DNA from: Isurus oxyrinchus
Lineage: Eukaryota
Length of the DNA stretch: 64,000 nt
Reading direction: 5' to 3'
Assembly: GCA_026770705.1 (NCBI GenBank)
Contig: JANJGN010000010.1
Location: forward strand, 41,664,001-41,728,000
How positions within the stretch are numbered: the stretch's first letter is position 1; each line of letters begins with the position of its first letter. A program made the position numbers and the translations under genes. Positions 36,421-49,236 of the stretch are shown one piece after another. The notes beneath the pieces were generated by a model, which saw nothing but the letters and a program-made list of their open reading frames with translations, was not told the DNA's origin and did not search any database.

Positions 36421-36489
36421 CCTCATCTCCCCCCAAGGATAACCCCTGTTAAGATTGCCAGATTGCTGAGAATCCCATGTAAGTTTATT

Positions 36490-36838
36490 TTCTTTGTTCA
36501 TGGAATGTGGGCTTTGCTGGCCATCTCTCACTGCCCTTGAGAGCAGTTAGGAGTCAACCACATTGCTGAGTGTCTGGAGTCACATGTAGGCCAGACCAGG
36601 TAAGGATGGCAGATTTCCTTCCCTAAATGACATTAGTGAACCAGATGGGTTTTTGCAACAATTGATAGTTTTATAAATAGCATCCCTGAGACTAGCTTAG
36701 AATTCCAGATTTTAGAAGAATGAATTGAATCTAAATTCCACAGCTGCCGTGGTGGGATTTGAACCTATGTCCCCTGAGCATTAGCCTGGGTTTCTGGATT
36801 ATTAGTTGAGTAACATTACCACTACACCACATCACCTC
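36490..36838 (-). mobile_element. tRNA-headed SINE with LINE-derived tail
   Basis: Head gtggtgtagtggtaatg...ggttcaaatcccacc. Tail is shared with the LINE end at 33550 (gccagcaaagcccacat). Confidence 0.75.
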
Positions 36839-37589
36839 AACAAAATATTGGCTCATTCCCAGAGGGGCACTGAAGCACTGACAAATATCTGGGACCCCCT
36901 GCATTTCTTCACGCTCCTGTGGGCCTTCAGAAAACACTGGTGCCATCCCTCTGTAAAGGTTACCATTTTCTCAACGAACCTTAAAATCTGACATACACCA
37001 CACCTTTGGATCTCTTTTCAAGAATACCGATACACTTTTGAGAACACTCTCGGGTATCCACTGACAATATTAGCATGTTTCCAAGGACTCTGTTGAATTA
37101 TTGACACAAAGGAGGGCCCAACCAGGTGCCAGGTCTGGGAAGAGTTCTGAGTTAGTTTTGCACCACTCCGCCTTTTCCTATTTCATTTAATTTTTAATTG
37201 AAGTGTTAAAAAAATCCATCCCTCAGAGTTAATGGAAGAGTTGCTCTTCCTTATACTACTGCTCCTGGTGACTCTAGTATCTCATTCTGGGAATCCCCTT
37301 GAAACGCTGGCCCCAAGGACTCCTGTCCTAATTCCTGAAAGATGTTTTGGGCAATGGGTAGTGGTCCGAGCTAAAAATTGACCCCTGCTTCAGAATGTAG
37401 GCAAGGGTATTTTAACTTCCCAGCCTCATTTAATCCTGTTGCTACTTCCCACTGAAACCAGATGGGAATTTGGGGGGAAGCAGCAGAATATTGCATGGCC
37501 TGGAAGCCACCAGATGGATAGTGTGATAGACCTTCTCTTGGAGGTCTCATAAACTTTCCTGTAGGACCCCTCGGTTTAATGTCTCATTC

Positions 37590-37828
37590 TATGTTTTGGA
37601 TGAGCCATTAAACCGATGCCTCTGCCCTCTCGGGTAGACATGAAATCCCATGATACTATTTCAAAGAAAGGCAGGGGAGTTTACCCTAGTCATCGTTTAT
37701 CCCTTAATCAACATCACTCAAACAGATTATTTGTCATTTAATTGCTGTTTGTGAGACCTTGCTGTGTGCAAATTGTATTTGTTACATTGCAACAATGATT
37801 ACAATTATTGGCTGTAAAATGCTTTCCT
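37590..37828 (+). mobile_element. SacSINE1-like SINE, partial (Deu core and tail)
   Basis: tttatccct.aatcaacatcac.caaa.cagat and ttgctgtttgtg match the 41190 copy. Confidence 0.65.
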
Positions 37829-40171
37829 TAGTCAAGATTTGGGGCTGTTTTACAAGTGTTAGCAGGGCTCTCACCACCTCACAGTTGGTGTGAACTTTGC
37901 TGATGCCCATTAAGGGTGTAAGATTTGTTAGCAAAGGTTAAGAGCAATGCCTAACATACCTTCTAGCGTGCAGGAGAGGCTGACAGGAGATCCATCCAAA
38001 GCACCACCCCTTCCAGAAATCCCCGCAAGCAAATAAAACCAGGCTGGAATCTCACCAGAGCTGGGTTCTGTCTCACATTCTGGCTTGCAACCTTCCCATC
38101 CTTAATCCTTGCTGGAATCTCAGAACCTTTGTGTTTATTTAATGGAGGAGGTGTTACAAATAAGGAAATGCTTTCAAAAGAATTGTGTGCAATTGTGCAT
38201 TGAGGGAGAAGCATCTGACAAGACAATGTAATTATAGTAAAGGGACAGTCTCCCTTTTGTTAGCCTGCTTCAGCTGCATGTCAAAGTATCCCAATAATTC
38301 ACTTCTGCCATTTCAAGAAAGCGGAAGTAACTTTAAACAAAAATTCCACCAATAAAGCAGGTTGTGCAATTTTGATCTATGCAGCAACATCAAGTGGAGA
38401 TCAAATAGGAAATGTCTCTTTCAAGCTTTTATATATCTTTCAAATGCACATTCACATTGGAATCAGGAAAATAAAACTGATGAACAGTTTGACAGGAACA
38501 TTTGTCCCTTTAATCACACCTTATTTACCAAATACACAGTGAATTAGTCAAATGTGTGGAATATCCTTTAACATAAGTGAATATACCTATAAATGCACAC
38601 TTTTTCTGGGAATTCTGGATTTGAATTTCACAGTAACAAGATGTAAGTGCAAGGGCCTCAGCGGGGAAGCAGTGGGGGTGCTGGAATAATACTTTGTATG
38701 TCATTAGATGATAGAAATAAAAAAACGTTGGCTAATATTCCCACTTCTAGCCATTGACCTATACTGGAAATGCAAGCAGATGCCGTTCATGAACAGGATT
38801 GAGTTTGGCTGTGATGCTTCTCAAGTAGAACAGACCTCCACTTATTTGTAGGCACGCGTTATAAAGAATAACCATATGAGGGAGTTACTAGTGGCTCACA
38901 AGGCCATGGAATTATATCTCACTACTGACCTTCAGGAGTGGAAGGATAAAGGGTGTTGGGAGTGGTGGCTCTTTTTAAAACAGAGCATTATGTTCCTGGT
39001 AAGCATATGAGTGATTTTCAAATTGAAAAAGCTTAATTTCCACTACTTAATATTTGCAACTAAATATAGAGGAGAATGGCAACTAATGTGAGGAAACACT
39101 TTTTACTAATATGGAAAAATTCAAACCTTGTCATAGCTGTCATATCTTCAGATATTGTGTAAAAATAATTAAGACAGGTTATCTGTTTTTCAGGTAGATG
39201 CTGAATAAATCTTGGCAGCAAGAGGTTTTCTATTTCTCTCATTTCCCCCCCAAGATATCTGACATTATTTGATGTAATAAAAAGAGAAAGTACGTAACAG
39301 TCAGGTTCTTAATTAATTTTGCTTGACTAGATGAAGATAAATGGAGCATGTTGTGGATTCATGACAACAAGGGAGGTCCACTTAATACTGTCTGTCTCTT
39401 TATCCCACCTTCTCTCACTCTCTCACTGTACCCCTTTATTTCTGCCTCTTTCTGGATATGTTATATGGTAATTAGTGGTCAAAAGGAGATCGGTGACATT
39501 CTGTGCACTGCACTCCTATTTAACTTATTTCCTGCTCTCTTCAATCAAGACCTAATGAAAATTTCAATTCCCTTTGCTAAAAGGGAGGGAATCTACCCCA
39601 TGTATTTAGTTGTATGAAGAGATCCAATGACAGATCAGAAAAGCCATGAAAATCTGGGTCTCAGGTGCTGCTAGTTCTCTGCGGCTCCAGTCCTCTATAT
39701 TAAAGAGTGTCACCAGCAGTGGGAATATGCAGCATATCCCATTGATAACACCACGATGCAAAAATATCTTACCCCCTCCTTCATTCTCTTTCACTGTCTC
39801 CCATTCTCTCGTTTTTCTTCTTTCCTCTCCTCTATTAGCTGTTTCTGAACAACTATAAAACAAGAAACAAAGGCTTGTTTTAGCAGCTCCCAGACATTGC
39901 TGTTTAAATTACCTTTTCTCACAAAAAGTGACTGTCTGTCGAGGGATTCTGTAATAGCCCCTGTTGACAGTTCTGGATGGTGCGTGTATGGCAGCACAGA
40001 CTGATCATTATGGTACCCATTCTCCAATCGTTTATTTTTTCAACTGTTAAACAATAGGTTGTTGATTGTGTGGACAAGGCCAGAACAATTAAGTTCTGTG
40101 TTTAATGGTAGACCAGCATTTTAATGCCCTCTCTTAATAATGGTCTCATTATTGTTTTTTTCTCTCCTTAG

Positions 40172-40204
40172 ACTGGGCCTCGGGAGGAGGAATATTTTGT
40201 GGAG
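40172..40204 (+). other. Candidate 33-nt frame-preserving micro-exon of an unidentified host gene
   Basis: Strong acceptor attgtttttttctctccttag and donor GAG/gtacgt. No stop in any frame (TGPREEEYFVE in frame 0). Lies in unique sequence. Confidence 0.4.
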
Positions 40205-41189
40205 GTACGTCATTATTTTGCAAATTTCGATTAGCCCATCATGTTGTATGTGTTACACACAAAAAAAATCACAGCTAATTAAAGCATCCAGATAGGCCAC
40301 TGGTATTCAAGCACATAATTTAAAAGGTGGCGTAGTTGATTGGCTGGCTAAAAGGTGGTAAAAAGAGGGATTAGGCCAGTTGCTGTGGTAACTCCCACTT
40401 CCCATCTGCACAGAACAATGCACTTGTGTTTCTCTCCCACCTTGGTGCAGAAATTGGTTTTGTTTTGAGAGGAAAGGGCTTTATGAGGAATTGGAATTCA
40501 GCCTAGCAGGATGGAGTTTTAGAGCTGTTAGAGGAGACCACTGGGGATAACAGAGATGAAAGGTCACGGCAGACTCCAAGGACACCAAAGGTCACTGCTT
40601 CTTACAACAATACTTTGTCTTCTGTGATTTTCAGCTAAATGAAAGGTACTGGCTTGTCAGGAAACAAATATCTCAGCTTTACCAGGTGGACTCACCCAAA
40701 GAGACTTACAATTCACTGTTCAAAGAGTTTAAAGGAGTTTTTTGTTGAGGTTTTATTTATTTCCAGCCATCGGCACCGCCACCCCCCACCCCCACCCCCA
40801 CCCCGACAGATACACATCCTCACATCAACTTACCCTTTAGATAAGAAGGCAAATAAGCCATAATCTTCTCCAGTTTTTGTGACTCCAGCTTGGATCTCTA
40901 TTCACTGAGCAGTTGTATATGGTCGGCTATGCTTTGCTAAGGCCAAAGGAGCTCATGTTTTCCCATGTCTGGTTTCCTACCTACTGCTGTACATGGGGCA
41001 CGTCACAACTCCAGTGAAGTTATGGTAGTGAGATACCGATGGCCATGGGAACCTGCGGGAGATAGAGTGGTTGAGACGGTGACTCATTCCTGGATATAAC
41101 CAGCAGGCGTGCCTGGAAGGAAGGGAACAATATTGGCATGGACTACATAAAGCCTGAGACTAAATATCAATTGTCTTCTACCTTTAAGG

Positions 41190-41635
41190 TATTAGCCGTG
41201 GCTCAGTTGGTAGCACATTTGGGTCAAAAGGTTGTGAGTTCAAGTCCCACTCCAAAGATTTGAGCACAAAAACCAAGGCTGACTGTCCAGGGGAGTGCTG
41301 CACTGTCAGAGGTGCAGTTTTTTGAATGAGACATGAAACAGAGGCCCCATTTGCTCCCTCAGGTGAATGTGAAAGATCCCATAGCATTTTTCAAAGAAAA
41401 GCCGGAGAGCTCTCCCTGGTCTCTCAGCTAATATTTATCCCTCAATCAACATCACCCAAAAAACAGATGATCTGATCATTATCACATTGCTGTTTGTGGA
41501 AACTTGATGCGCGAAAATTGGTTACCCTGTTTCCCACATTACAACTGTCTCCACACTTCAAACACACTTCATTTTCTGTAAAGTGCTTTGGCATGTCCCA
41601 AAGTTGTGAAAGGTGTTATATAAATGAAAATCTTT
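41190..41635 (+). mobile_element. SacSINE1-like Deu-domain SINE, near full length
   Basis: tRNA-like head gtggctcagttggtagcac...gagttcaagtcccac, Deu-like core aaagatcccatagca, and tail gtgaaaggtgttatataaatg. Confidence 0.8.
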
Positions 41636-42779
41636 TTTCGCAATTTCACCTTGATTACATTTCACTTGGGGAGATTATTGAGGTTTTTTTAAAATACTAG
41701 ATTATTAAAGGAATTAATAGATATAAAATGGGTTTGTCTTTCTTTAAGTGTAATAATGCTAATTGACATCCCTTCTTGCATGGTGACCTGAACAGAAAAA
41801 AGTTTAATAGAAATAAAATGAAGGAGATAAAACGCCTTCACCCAAAGTAATTATTTCATTTCAGCCTCAGTTTACATAGAACAATACAGGAGTAAGAGAA
41901 TGGGTCTAAAGAGCAATGAGGAAGTTAATTGTGCATTTGAATTAGAACAGGGAAACTCTGCTCATCTGCCAACCAAGCTATGACTGGAACATGATATAAA
42001 CTATGCATTCTAGTTGCACTTTACCCCATTGAGACTGTTTACTTTCTCGAACAAAATAAACTTTGGAAATTCCAGTGGTGCAGGTGGGCATTTTGCTCCA
42101 CGGAAGATGGAGTATCAGGTGATTGAAAAATCATGTAATCAAATCTTCAGGTGTTCGGCCAACCAGAGTTTGCAACTTGGGTTAGGAGCAGGCTGTGAAT
42201 TCCTCTCGGATATTTGCTATTCTGCTGATGAAAATAAATTGAAATCATCAGTAATAAGGCACAGAAACAAGGGGAATACATGAACTTCAAAAGACCTTTG
42301 ATAACTGGTTTTCATTTTAGAAAATTTTGCACATGCTACTTAAAAAACCAGACAGGTGGCATCCTTTTTTGCGTATCCATGGACAATGATGGACAGAGTG
42401 AATTTATGAGTATGCTACTACCTGTTCATGAAGCTTAGGAGCGCAATCAGAAGAACCTTTGGATTATATTCAACAATACGCAACATATTGTGGGGTGGGA
42501 GAAATGACATGGACTGCTCGAAAGAGATAAAGAAGGCTTCCACCTCTACTTCATCAAACTTAGGGATTAAATGAGCAAATGGATTGCCTCAGCCCTTAAA
42601 TCTGAGTTAGTGGTGTCTTCAAGGGATGTAGTAGGATCCCTGACCCTCAGCTTGAGCTGTTTTAGTTAAAAAACCCTTTCTCTCTCTTCTCTTTGTGCCG
42701 TTTCCTGTCTTTTCTCTTTCTCTTCCCTGAAACCCTAATTTCTGCTGCTCCAATTTTAATCTTTCTATGCCTACTCTAT

Positions 42780-43435
42780 GGGCTGAATTTTGCTGTCAGC
42801 GAGCAGGGGGCGGGGTCCGCTAGCAGACACGCAAAATGACACGGAATGACATCAGGGGGAACCCCGACCTCATTCCGCCCCATTTAAATCTTCAGGAAGG
42901 GGGGGGCACAGCAAAATCAGCTCGGGCCCACCGACCTGTCAATTGAGGCCATTGACAGGATCATTAAAACAATTAAAGGACCTGCCCGTCCAACCTTAAG
43001 GTTGGCGGGCAGGCCAGGGCATGAAACCTCATCCACCAACAGGATGAGGTTTCATGTAGGGTTTAAAAAAGTTTAATAAAGTTTTGCTGTAATTTATGAG
43101 CATGTCCCATCTCATATATCACATCGTCACATGAGGGGGACATGTTAAGGATTTTTTTACTTTTCTATTTTTAATGTTTGTACAGCACTTTGCCTCAGGG
43201 AGCATGCACACGAAAGAGTGCACTCTTGCATTTGGGGTAATCCACCCCTGCTCCCCGCCCCCACAGCCTGCATAGGAAGCGCATAGCGCTTCCCTCCGGA
43301 CATCACGCTGGGCGGGCCTTAATTAGCCCGCCCATTTAAAATGGTGGCGGGGCCTGCTTCTCTGGCGGGGATTGGCTCCCTGCCCACTGGAGATAAGGTC
43401 AGGCCCACCTGCCCGGTAGGCAGAAAATTCTGCCC
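42780..43435 (+). mobile_element. PIF/Harbinger-type MITE (family A)
   Basis: TIRs gggctgaatttt/aaaattctgccc with a perfect 3-bp TSD tat/tat. Confidence 0.85.
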
Positions 43436-44789
43436 TATCTGTTTTGTCGACCTATATTTCCACCTGTCGACTAGTGGCTGCCACTTTAAAAATATTGGAT
43501 TTTCTGGCTTTCGAGCGAATTTCTAATCCTATGTGCCTCGATAAACCTTTTAACTGTTCAAGGGACAGTCCTCAAAAGTAATTTCCCCCAATTCTCCTAG
43601 AAAAGCACTGGCATCAAATGTAGTGGTACAGACTCAAGAAAATCTTTTTGCAGTTTTGAAAATTGGTTTCAAAGGAACAATTTACTTTCCCCGCTGTAAT
43701 TCATTTGTTTTGTCTGTGGGAACAATCTCAGCACTGAGCCTCTAATTTGTTACAGCCAGTTCCCGGGCAGGATTCCCCCAAATTGTTATGCTCCCAGGTG
43801 AGGAGAGATGAACTGGCTCCCTTTCTTTATTCAACCCCCTCGGCTGGTCGCAGAAAGGTTAATTTAAAAAGCATCCCATCCCCCGTGCATACCTTTTCCC
43901 AGTCCAAATGTATTTACATTTTAAAAGGGAGCCATTTTAACCAGGCTGCCTTCCGTGAAAGGAAGAGTGAGTTTATTAGTTGCTCAACGTGAGAAAAATA
44001 ATAAAAATGCAACACAGATACACACAGATTTGAAATGAGAATTGAGAAAATGAGAAAAATACAAATTTAAAAGATATACGAATCCGTCCTTTGGCTTGTC
44101 CGTGAGAAGTAGATGGTGAAATGTTACGGCCATTAAGTTGGGGTGATCCTAGTAGTGCTGAATTTGACAATTGAGCAGTTGGTTTGGGGATTCTTGGTTC
44201 TGCAGATTAGCTGAAAGGAGTTGTCCTGTTTCTTTTTCGACTATGGCTTTGCTGACCTGTGACTTGCTTCCAGCAATGATAGAGTTTTTCTAACTGGATG
44301 CCCAGTTGGTGTTCTTCAGCTGTGTTAGAACAGAACACCAGACTGGCACAAAGAGCTAGGGTTGCAGTTGGCTTTTTGAAACCCCTTTTTTTGTGTATTC
44401 CTGCCCAGATCTGTTTTCTTTTCAACTCAGTTCATGTTCACAATCTGAGATATAGCTCAACAGTGGTTTTGGCTGAGATGGTAATCATTTTTCATTATGT
44501 CCGCAACCACAGGAGCTTACAGTTCAGTTTGCATTGTATCTTTTCCTTTGAAGTGACTCTGTCTGAAGTAGGCTGTCACACCTTTTAGGTGGGATATTCT
44601 GTTCTCTCTCAACTAGTTGGTCAAGTAAACCACATAGGAGTTTTCCAGCAGGTGGTTACCATACAGTCTCAGCCAGCTTTTGCTTGTATGTCCTTTTTTA
44701 AAAAAACACGTCTTACTTAAAGGTTCGATATGTCCATAAGTAATTTGGTGATTGGATCCGTGGTAAGGACGATAGACATGGAGAGGATG

Positions 44790-45728
44790 GTGGAATGGGC
44801 ATGGCAGATGAAACTTATTACAGAGAAATATGAAGCAATATATTTTGGAAGGAAGATCATGAAGAGGCATAGACCAAGGGGTATATGTGCACAAATCATT
44901 TAAGGTAGCAGGGCAGGTTGAGAAAGTGGTTAAAAAGACAGATGGGATTCTGGACTTTATAAATCAAGGCATTCAGTATAAAAGCAAACAAGTTACAATG
45001 AACCTTTATAACATACTGGTTTGGTCTCAACTGGATTATTGGGTCCAATTCTGGGTACCGCACTATAGGAAGGATGTGAAGACTTTAAATAGCGTCACTG
45101 GTTAAAAACCCTGGAACTCCCTACCTAACAGCACTGTGGGTGTACCTATACCACATGGACTGCAGGGGTTCAAGAAGGCAGCTCACCACCACCTTCTCAA
45201 GGACAATTAAGAATGGGTAATAAACGCTGGCCCGGCCAGTGAAGCCCACATCCCATGAATGAATAACATAAAGATTTTCAAGAATGGCTCTAGGGATGAT
45301 GACTTCATTTAAGAGGACATATTGGAGAATCTGGGGTTGTTGTCCTGAGCTGGAGAGGAGATTTGATAGGGGTTTTAAAGTCATGAGGGTTCTGGACAGT
45401 GTAAGTAGAGAGAAACTGTTTCAATTCACGAGGAGCCAAAAACCAAGGGACACAGGTTTAAAGTGATTGTCAAAAGAACTAAAGGTAACATGAGAATATA
45501 TTTCTTTATGAAGTGAGGGGTTAGGACTCAGAATGGACTTACAGCGAGGCTTATTCCACTGTATCTTTCAATGGGGAACTGGACGAGTACCTGAAGTGAA
45601 AAAATTTGTCGAGTTACAGGGACAGAGCAGGCAAGTTGGACCAGCTGAATTGCTCTTGCAGAGAGCCAGCATGGTCACCACAGGTTGAATGGCCTCCTTC
45701 TGGGGTTTTACCATTCAATGAATCCATT
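44790..45728 (+). mobile_element. Decayed CR1 3' region, interrupted at about 45090-45268 by the second-family LINE tail
   Basis: HKSFKVAGQVEKVVKK..GILDFINQGIQYKSK...QFWVPHYRKDVKTL, resuming after the insert with FKVMRVLDSVSREKLF and a 3' UTR. Confidence 0.8.
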
Positions 45729-47138
45729 GAGGTAATTTCGCTTGTATGCTAGTTAGAAATAGGATCAAAGGGTGCAAATTAAAAACAGTGATTGTATAAA
45801 TCATAGGCTTCACTAGAACTACCTGCTGAAATCCATTACCATAACCATTAGACTGGGTTAAGACAAAAAATCAGGCCGAGAATGTGGTTTGTACAGTTCT
45901 ACTACGTAGCACTTAGAGGAAGCACAATTACCTAAGTCTCCAAGATTTTGCTGTGGATTAGATGGAACAGGGCCTTCTTCCACTTGTAGACTTGTCATGT
46001 GCCAGCTGAACATACCCAGTAGCAACCAGGCACATGTGGCATTCACAGTGATTCAAAAATCAGGTTCACATTGGTGCTGAGGGGAGAAGTGCAAGATGAG
46101 GCATATGATACTTTGAAGTAGGGGTGATGAATTTTTGTCCTAAAATTTCAAGAAATGACAAAGCACCAGTGACTCTACTAAGAGAAAGGGCCTTAAATGT
46201 CAATAGCCATAACTTTTTGACAGATAGGTGACCAGATACTCATGCTGGCAAAACACTACCTGACATGTGATAGATTATTTTGAGTTTCTAGATGTGCTTT
46301 TTAAAAAACCTTAAATAGGAATTTCACTTTGTTCATTTTAAATACATACAATGAGAGTGGAGGCTCTTTGGTTCGTTAAGGAAAGTTCTGAGATTCCGAA
46401 ATAGTTCCTGCTTTTATAATAGTCGACTCCTGTGTCTGCTGCTCATACATAACTATTGCTACAATTCTTTATTCTCTTAGCCAGCTGCAAGCTGCTCTGG
46501 AATAAACTGGTGTCTGCTGAAAACAACAATGGCTCTCTGTAAAATCCAAATGACTTGTGTATTGCCAACATAATAAACAACTGCTGCATGTGACAGTGCC
46601 CAACACTAATGTCCTTCACTGGGAGAGAGGACTGAAGACTTTAAATAACTTTATTAACTTTTGTTTCCTGTGTGGTGATGGCATTTCTATGATCTAAATA
46701 TTAACATGCAGCACTACATTATATAATGAGACTTTATCTGTTTTAAGAGTCGGCTGTTGTTTGGAGTATAATGACGTGCATGGCTTTTCTTCCTCTCCAG
46801 TTTTCTCCTCTCTTGAAAACATGGGATCATTCTGAGGTGTGGTACTATGGGCACTGACCGTGGTACCTCACCCAAATGAAGTTGCCAATCAGAATTTGCA
46901 CCTGTAGGAAATGTCACAGCTGAGTTCAACCCTATGTAGAGCACTAAGAATTCTGTGGTAAATCAAACTCCAGGACCTAGAGACGCCTCAGTCTCAATAT
47001 AACATATTTTTAAAACACTGTATAAAACAGTATTAAATCGATGGTTGCTATTTAGAAAACATGTGCATTTTAAATTACTTAAAAGCAGTTTAGTGTAATG
47101 AGCCTGTGCTTATTCAGTTGCTTAGCCGTTAACATTAA

Positions 47139-47207
47139 TGGCTGTTCATTAACACCTAGCTGTTTTACCTGATTTGCCTGAGACAGCTAGATGTTAAGTG
47201 GCAGCTA
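47139..47207 (+). ncRNA. Pre-miRNA-like hairpin (unassigned)
   Basis: 29-position unbulged stem (47139-47167 with 47179-47207), 26 positions paired including 5 G-U, with an 11-nt loop cctgatttgcc. Confidence 0.3.
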
Positions 47208-47244
47208 ATCATAAATTGCAATTAATCAATATTTTGTTTACCAG

Positions 47245-47470
47245 TACAAAAGCAAAGTATGCAGAATCTGGAAATCTTAAATGCAAATAGACAATGCTGG
47301 AAGTACTCAGCAGATCAAGCAGCATCTGTGGAAAGAAAAACAGAGTTATCATTTCAGGTTGACAGTCTTGCATCAGAACAGACCACATCAATCTAAATAC
47401 TAACTGTTTCTCTGTCCACAGGTGCTGCCTGACCTGCTGAGTGTTTGCAGCATTTTCTGTTTTCATTTCT
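47245..47470. mobile_element. Short, old Penelope-tail-derived inverted repeat
   Basis: aatgctggaagtactcagcagatcaagcagcatctgtgga...tccacaggtgctgcctgacctgctgagtgtttgcagcatt. Same tail family as the 3925-5458 arm ends. Confidence 0.7.
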
Positions 47471-47710
47471 TGTAGCCAACACCTGGTGCCCTGAATTGCA
47501 ATATTATAGGGCACTAATTTTCCAATCACCATTACTTGCATTTTTTAAAACCTTGTGCATCTCATGTCTTGCATGATGCCCATTCCTATGCAGTTCACAC
47601 CCTGCACATTTCAACTAGAGGCAAAATACATAGATTGAAAGAACTGTATGGCAAAGAGCATGGAATGCCTCATGCACCATTGGTACTGCTGTTCTGAGTC
47701 CCAATACTAA

Positions 47711-47760
47711 TAGTGGTGCATCAGGCATTGGTTCTTAGTGGTGCATCAGGCATTGGTTCT
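47711..47760. repeat. 25-bp exact tandem duplication
   Basis: tagtggtgcatcaggcattggttct, two copies. Confidence 0.95.
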
Positions 47761-48974
47761 TATTCTTCCACTAGACCAGAGCACTGAGGTCATTTACAAT
47801 ACCCATGCCACTTTTCCAGCTTAGATCAGCTAACTTAGCAAGAACCAAGAATTAGACCTGTAGTCAACGTACTTTTACAGCTCAATACAGTTCCCACCCA
47901 CAAAGTCATTCTTTCCGCTTTTTGAAATAGAACTTAAATATGTGTTTGGAAACATTTTGTAAGATAAAAATATAAATTACATAAAATGTACAAGACAAAA
48001 GCAAGCCAGCTGGCCCAACTAGTCTGATTATAGATTTGACACATGCCATCAAAACTATTTGAATTTACCTGCATCTCTGTCTTTATGCACAACGTTCAAG
48101 ACTGGGTGTGCGATATGCCTATTCAACTTGATTGAGTAATTTTTATAGCATAAATAATTCCTAAAATATAATGGTATTACAGATGACTTTTCCAGTCCTT
48201 TTAACAGGTAACTGTATAATACCTGCTATTCAGTCCTTCTTTGATTAGTGGCATGAGTTGTCTAAGTCTGTCCATCATTTTAGTCAGCAAAGAAGGTCAT
48301 GGGAGATTTACCAGAATTAAAAAATAAATCTGGTATTTTTGATTTATGAATCTGAACAAATTGGACTGCTACTTGTGTATATGGGAGAGACAGAGACAAA
48401 AAACAGTTTTGTGAAAACATCATTGGATGTTTGGGGGTGGGTGGAGGCTCTTGATTGACTCAGCTCCACTAAGGGAATCACAACTTATTAACAAAAAGGC
48501 AACTGAGCATTAGGAATATTACTTCTAGAGGTAGAAACATAATTACTTCATTTTTCGTGGGATTTCCTTAAACAAAATAAATTCATATTGGAATTACTTT
48601 TAATTAAGAAGGAACCAGCTCAGAAATTGTTAAGCTTCTTTATTGTACATTTACATTCGTATGCAGGGAGCCATTCTTTACAACTAAAAGGAATATGTTC
48701 AAGCATTGCACCTTTTTTGAATTAGCCAGGGGCTTGGGGAGCATATAGCTCCCTGTTGCTTTCTCCATGGCCAATCAGAGTTGACTTGCCAACTGATCAG
48801 CACCCTTTTCTCCTGTAGTATAAATTGTTATGATTGTTTGAAATTTGGCAATCTTGTGTTTGTCCTGATGAGTGAAATTCAAAGAGCTTCGGTAACATGT
48901 ATCTCTTTTCAGCAATATTCTTCTCTATTGTATTACCAAGAAATGCTTAAAATGTCAGGGAATATACTGATAGA

Positions 48975-49170
48975 ATAGAAACATAAGAACCGGAGTAGGC
49001 CATTTAGTAGTTTGTGCCTGCTTTGTTATTCAGTTAGATGATGCTTATTCTGTAATTCAACTCCATTTACCTGTCTTCGATCTATATTACTATCTACCAA
49101 TATATCTACCAATTCCAGTTGTGAAAACGTCAATTCCACAGTTTTTTGGGAAGTGAGTTCTACATTTTCT
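48975..49170 (-). mobile_element. Decayed CR1 3' tail, apparently continuing at about 50550-50664 after nested insertions
   Basis: acataagaaccggagtaggccatt is a CR1 terminus. The distal part reads SGGRIQNKDANLKITAEPRQSEIRKHY on the minus strand. Confidence 0.55.
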
Positions 49171-49236
49171 ACAATAAAAAGAGAAAATGCTGGAAATATT
49201 CAGCAGCATCTGTGGAGAGAGAAAAACAGAGTTAAT

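Noticed and set aside
39913-40043. Minus-strand exon-like segment (tttaacag ... AAG/gtaatt) overlapping ORF 39791-40027
   Set aside because: With these splice sites all three frames contain a stop, including a TGA right after the acceptor in the long frame. More likely non-coding.
41190-41270. tRNA-like sequences here and at about 36330-36420, 36750-36838 and 15830-15900
   Set aside because: They are SINE heads: no complete cloverleaf, and each continues into a SINE body.
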